64,000 bases of DNA from Candidatus Latescibacterota bacterium (GTDB taxonomy: Bacteria > Latescibacterota > UBA2968 > GCA-2709665). A program made the translations under genes and the position numbers. The notes beneath the pieces were generated by a model that was given only the letters and a program-made list of their open reading frames with translations, searched no databases and was not told the origin of the DNA. Where the stretch lies: assembly GCA_965205485.1 (NCBI GenBank), contig OZ242180.1, positions 1,984,001 through 2,048,000 of the forward strand, given 5' to 3'. Below, piece by piece: positions 59,603 through 64,000 of the stretch. The stretch's first letter is position 1. Every line of letters begins with the position of its first letter.

Positions 59603-60706
59603 CTATGATACCCGGTAAGGGGCGAGTATTTCACCCAGCAACTCCGGCGGCCGTCCGAATGCCTCCAAAAACGCCTCATAGCTGGGCATCAGGCGCACCT
59701 TTACCTTCTCTTCGTGGTGCAGCGCGATATCCTCGAGCCGGTGATCCAGAAAAGGGTTGGCGAACCGCTCCAGGACCTGTTCCGCAAACGGTCCGGCATC
59801 TTCCACGACGTGCTCGAGCGCCGGTACGATTTCCTCGAAAACCAGGCGCCTCAACCACCGGCCGATCGCCGGGTCCTCGACCGCTTCACGAACCGTACGC
59901 AGTCCCGACGGAAGCGCCTTGCATACCAGGGCCGTATGCGAACCGTTCAGGATGCGCACCTTCCGCAATGCGTACGGCCGAACATCGGAAACGAACCGAA
60001 TGCAGGGGTGATCGAAGAGATCTCCCGCCCGCGCATCGACCACCCATAGAGCAAACGGCTCCGCCGCCGTAAGCAGCCCGTCCGCCGCCAGTAGCGGGTG
60101 CGCGTCAGGCCTGCCGCTCACGATTCGATCCACCAGCGTGTTCACCCATCGCACATCCCGGCGAATCCAATCCTGAAGCCCCGCATCCAGGCGCCAGGCT
60201 TCGGCCTGGCCAAGCACCAGTTCGCGAAGCAGATCGCCATTGGGCTCCACCAGTTCACAGGGCAACACCGTCAGGCCCGGAAGGCCGGCCTGGTAGCGGG
60301 CTTTGAGAACGCAAAGCAGCCGGGCGGGGAATGAAAGGGGTGTTTCGGAATCATCGTTGTCAATGAGCGAGTATCCGGCTTCGGTGGTATTCGAGATAAC
60401 CATGCGCAATTCCAGCGATCGGGCAACCTGAATCACCTGTGCCCATTCCGATTTCGCGATCAGCGCCCGGCTTATACTGCGAACCGCGAGCGTCCTGTCG
60501 ATACTCTCCCCTTCCGACAATCCCCTGAATACCACGTGATACCTGCCGCTCTGCGCGTTCAGCAACGCTGCGCGGTTGCCCTCCGTGGACTGCACGACGA
60601 CGATGCGCCCAACGGCCTCACCCCGCGCATTCGCCTCGTGCACGAACACGTCGGCGAACGCCCGGAGAAAACTGCCTCCCCCGAACTGCAGAATGGTCTC
60701 GGGCAT
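59603..60706 (-). CDS. uxaB: Tagaturonate reductase / altronate oxidoreductase-like protein
   Basis: ILQFGGGSFLRAF, SNTTEAG, NTLVDRIV, KVRILNGSH, RFANPFL. Confidence 0.8.
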   Translation of the reverse strand: MPETILQFGGGSFLRAFADVFVHEANARGEAVGRIVVVQSTEGNRAALLNAQSGRYHVVFRGLSEGESIDRTLAVRSISRALIAKSEWAQVIQVARSLELRMVISNTTEAGYSLIDNDDSETPLSFPARLLCVLKARYQAGLPGLTVLPCELVEPNGDLLRELVLGQAEAWRLDAGLQDWIRRDVRWVNTLVDRIVSGRPDAHPLLAADGLLTAAEPFALWVVDARAGDLFDHPCIRFVSDVRPYALRKVRILNGSHTALVCKALPSGLRTVREAVEDPAIGRWLRRLVFEEIVPALEHVVEDAGPFAEQVLERFANPFLDHRLEDIALHHEEKVKVRLMPSYEAFLEAFGRPPELLGEILAPYRVS

Positions 60707-60720
60707 TTGCTCCACCACGT

Positions 60721-61330
60721 TCACTCCGTCCGGTGCGCCTCCCAATCCCTGTATGGCATGGATGAATGCATCTGCACGAACCGCCAGCACCCATTCTCAC
60801 GTCGCAGGACGACGGTCCACCGCTCGCCTTCCAGCCTGTAGCGCTGCGCACCCATTCTGCCTTCGCCGTCCCACAGGAATTGACACCAGGCCACGTTTCC
60901 CCAGGTTCCCGACACGGTGTCCCTTCGTTCGATTCGCACGTCGCACCAGCGCTCGAAGTGTCTCGACCATGTCGCCAGCACTGCGTCCCTGCCGCGCACC
61001 GGTGCGTCTCCTCCCAAGAAAAACGCGCACACGTCCTCCGCGAGGAGCTGCTCCAATGCGCGGGAATCTCCCTCCAACACGGCATCTTTCAGTGCGTCCA
61101 GCAGACTGTCGACCTCGCCGGACCTACCCCCTGACCCCCTTCCTGAAGGAAGGGGGAACCGGGGTTCCTCGGTGTACTGTCCTTGAGAACAAGCGAAGAT
61201 GACGTTCTCCCGTCTACGAGAGTCTATTATAGTAAGGCGACAACGCAATGCTTCTCTTGTCTCCCCCTTTCCTTTAGGAGAGGGGGCTGGGGGGAGAGGT
61301 CTGCGTCTCGCCGCTTCTACGGAATGGCAT
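60721..61330 (-). pseudogene. SnoaL/NTF2-like protein whose 5' end is interrupted by a REPIN-like insertion
   Basis: Removing 193 bp between the duplicated CGGCGAG restores MPFRRSGEVDSLLDAL...RWTVVLRRENGCWRFVQMHSS (138 aa). Confidence 0.7.
61121..61306. mobile_element. REPIN-like doublet flanked by 7-bp direct repeat CTCGCCG
   Basis: GACCTACCCCCTGACCCCCTTCC...GGGGGCTGGGGGGAGAGGTC; direct repeats at 61114-61120 and 61307-61313. Confidence 0.75.
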
Positions 61331-62462
61331 CCAGAACACGATCGATTTCCTCTTCGGTATTGTAGAAATGCGGCGACAGCCGGATGCCTCCTCCCCGTAT
61401 CGCACAAACGACCCGTGCGTCGGACAGCTTCTGGAAAATCGATTGTGTATCAGTCCGGGAATGACGGAACACCACAATGCCCGACTTTTCGCCGCGAGCC
61501 CTCGAACTCACCACCCGGCAGCCCTTTTCCTCGAGCCCGGCGCAGAGTTGGTCGGTCAACGACAAAACCCTCGCTTCGATGCTTTCGATGCCAATGCGAA
61601 GGAGGAGATCGAGGCCGGCCCTCAACCCATGGATGCCCACGGTATTCAACGTGCCGCACTCAAATCTCCGCGCATCGGGCAACAGCGTGGTATCGTACGA
61701 AAGGAAGTCCCTCGGCTCCACCACGTTCGTCCAACCCAGATTCACCACTCGAAGGTGCGGACGGGCGCGGTGTGAACAATAGAAGACGCCGATACCTTCC
61801 GGACCCAGAAGCCATTTGTGAGCGTCGGCCGATACAAAGTCGATTTCGGCGTCCGCCACGTCCAGGGACAACGCGCCGAGGCTCTGAATGGCGTCCACGA
61901 AGAAGAGGACGCCCCGCGCCCTGCAGAATCGGCCGATTTCGCGGAGTTCGTGGCGGTATCCGCTTGCGAACTCCACCGAGCTTACGGAAAGCACGCGCGT
62001 CCGGTCGTCCACGGCATTCAACAGGTCGTCCGGCGGGATTCGGCCGTCAACCTCGGGAACCCGCCTGACCTCGACGCCCTTCGGCCTCAGGTTCAGCCAC
62101 GGATAGACGTTGGCCGGGAATCCCCGATCGGGTATGACGACGTTGTCGCCCTGCCGCCACGTCAACCCGTTGGCTGCCGTCAGGATGCCATCGGACGTGT
62201 TTTTGACAAAGGCGATCTCCGATGCGTCCGCGCCGATCAGACGTGCGGCCGATTCCCGCGTCTGTGAACATACGTCGTCCCATTCGGGCAGGTTCGCCAT
62301 GCCGTTGCGGGTCACGTCCTGCAGCATGCCGTCCATTGCGCGGTAGACGCTCTGCGAAATTGGCGCGATTCCTGCGTGATTCATATAGATCCAGTTTCGG
62401 GTCACCGGAAACCCGTTCCGGATTTCCTCGATATCGATCTGCACGCTCGCCCCCCGGTCCAC
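61317..62462 (-). CDS. Class V aminotransferase (cysteine desulfurase/selenocysteine lyase-like)
   Basis: YMNHAG, KNTSDG, VDAIQSLG, DAHKWLLGPEGIG, RLSPHFYN. Confidence 0.88.
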   Translation of the reverse strand: MDRGASVQIDIEEIRNGFPVTRNWIYMNHAGIAPISQSVYRAMDGMLQDVTRNGMANLPEWDDVCSQTRESAARLIGADASEIAFVKNTSDGILTAANGLTWRQGDNVVIPDRGFPANVYPWLNLRPKGVEVRRVPEVDGRIPPDDLLNAVDDRTRVLSVSSVEFASGYRHELREIGRFCRARGVLFFVDAIQSLGALSLDVADAEIDFVSADAHKWLLGPEGIGVFYCSHRARPHLRVVNLGWTNVVEPRDFLSYDTTLLPDARRFECGTLNTVGIHGLRAGLDLLLRIGIESIEARVLSLTDQLCAGLEEKGCRVVSSRARGEKSGIVVFRHSRTDTQSIFQKLSDARVVCAIRGGGIRLSPHFYNTEEEIDRVLDAIP

Positions 62463-62531
62463 GCGGGATTCCCATGTGAAACGGCAGATGGTATCGTACC
62501 ATCTGCCGTATGCCTGCCCGCCACCCCGCTC

Positions 62532-64000
62532 TTACTCCAGCCGATAGTTCGGCGCCTCTTTCGTAACCGACACGTCGTGCGCGTGGCTCTCCCGGACACC
62601 CGCCGACGAAACTTTCACGAATCGACCGTTCCTGCGAAGTTCCGCAATGGTTCTCGTACCGCAATAGCCCATGCCCGCCCTCAACCCGCCGATGAGTTGA
62701 TAGATGAACCCTGAGACGGATCCCTTGTAGGGTACCTGCCCTTCGATTCCTTCGGGAACCAGCTTGTTGGCTTCGACGCCTCCCTGGAAATATCTGTCCC
62801 TGCTTCCGCGCTGCATGGCGCCCAGAGAACCCATACCCCTGTACACCTTGAAGGTCCGTCCCTGGTAGATTACCGTCTCCCCGGGACTCTCGTCCGTACC
62901 CGCGAAGAGGAATCCGATCATCACGGAATTCGCGCCCGCCGCGATGGCTTTGGTAATATCTCCCGACTGGGTGATTCCACCGTCCGCGATGGCCGGGACG
63001 CCTGCCTTTTCCGCGACGTCGGCGCAGTCCATGATGGCCGAAACCTGGGGCACGCCGGCTCCGGCGATGACACGGGTCGTGCAACTCGCCGATGGCCCCA
63101 TTCCCACCTTGACCGCGTCCGTTCCGGCCAGAACCAGGTCCCGTGCCGCCTCCGCGGTTACGATGTTCCCTGCAATCACTTCGGTTTGCGGGAAGGCATT
63201 CTTGATGCGTTCCACGGCTTCGAGAACGCCCCGGGAATGGCCGTGCGCCGTATCCACGACGATCACATCCACGTCCCGGTCGACAAGCGTTCCGACACGG
63301 GTTTCCAGATCACCTCCCACCCCCACCGCGGCGCCCACCCGGAGCCTTCCGAGTCTGTCCTTGCATGCATGCGGGTATTGTATCTTCTTCTCGATATCCT
63401 TAACTGTAATCAGGCCCTTGAGAACGCCTTTGTCGTCGACCACGGGCAGCTTTTCGATTCGGTGTTCCTGGAGAATCTCCTGTGCTTCCTCCAGGGAGAT
63501 GCCCAACCGGGCCGTCACCAGCCCCTTGTGCGTCATGACCTCAGACACTTTCCTGTGCACGTTTTTCTCGAACCGGAGGTCTCGGTTGGTCAGGATGCCC
63601 ACAAGCCTCTTGCCGCCGTCAACGATCGGCACTCCGGAAATCCGATACTTGGACATCATCTCAAGCGCTTCCCGGATATAGTTGTCCGGCGCGAGCGTCA
63701 GCGGATCGACGATCATACCGCTTTCCGATCGTTTCACCTTGGCCACCTCTTCGGCCTGTTCTTCGATAGACAGATTCCTGTGTATAATCCCGATGCCGCC
63801 TTCCTGGGCAAGTGCGATAGCGAGACGGGCTTCGGTAACCGTATCCATGGCGGCGCTGACCAGGGGGATATTCAACCTGATCCTGCGGGTGAGCTGCGTG
63901 GTCAGATCCACCTGATTGGGCAGGACTTCGGACTTTCCGGGAATCAGCAGCACATCGTCGTACGTCAGTCCCTCTTTGGCGATTTTTTCCGTGGATCTGT
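62532..64000 (-). CDS. guaB: IMP dehydrogenase with CBS domains (start beyond window)
   Basis: [47 protein letters not shown]. Confidence 0.95.
   Translation of the reverse strand, partial: RSTEKIAKEGLTYDDVLLIPGKSEVLPNQVDLTTQLTRRIRLNIPLVSAAMDTVTEARLAIALAQEGGIGIIHRNLSIEEQAEEVAKVKRSESGMIVDPLTLAPDNYIREALEMMSKYRISGVPIVDGGKRLVGILTNRDLRFEKNVHRKVSEVMTHKGLVTARLGISLEEAQEILQEHRIEKLPVVDDKGVLKGLITVKDIEKKIQYPHACKDRLGRLRVGAAVGVGGDLETRVGTLVDRDVDVIVVDTAHGHSRGVLEAVERIKNAFPQTEVIAGNIVTAEAARDLVLAGTDAVKVGMGPSASCTTRVIAGAGVPQVSAIMDCADVAEKAGVPAIADGGITQSGDITKAIAAGANSVMIGFLFAGTDESPGETVIYQGRTFKVYRGMGSLGAMQRGSRDRYFQGGVEANKLVPEGIEGQVPYKGSVSGFIYQLIGGLRAGMGYCGTRTIAELRRNGRFVKVSSAGVRESHAHDVSVTKEAPNYRLE

Overview
GC-rich bacterial chromosomal window. 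It mixes housekeeping genes (pyrE, pepA, epmA, modBC, smc, dinG, an RSH protein, queA, ispDF, dedA, ddl, cysS, tRNA-Thr(TGT), guaB) with many catabolic paralogues (sulfatase, M20/M19 peptidases, SDR/MDR/Gfo dehydrogenases, an enolase-family enzyme, ceramidase-like proteins, PhyH, DegT, an SSS transporter). There is also a YtrA-type GntR/ABC operon and three tandem small beta-barrel genes. I found no integrase, transposase, prophage or CRISPR array. Highlights: (1) an AbgB-like M20 amidohydrolase has an in-frame TGA exactly at the metal-binding Cys of GHGCGHNLLG, followed by a SECIS-like hairpin, so it is a candidate selenoprotein. (2) A dispersed ~200-bp non-coding element has covarying stems, exactly conserved spacing and variable internal segments; a 28-bp probable remnant of it disrupts a gene. 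(3) Intergenic DNA holds many REP/REPIN/MITE types, one inserted in a gene 5' end with a 7-bp duplication. (4) The dinG operon carries two apparent pseudo-enzymes: a synthetase-degenerate RSH and a catalytically degenerate RNB protein. Several small frameshifts suggest assembly indel errors, so disrupted genes must be read with caution.
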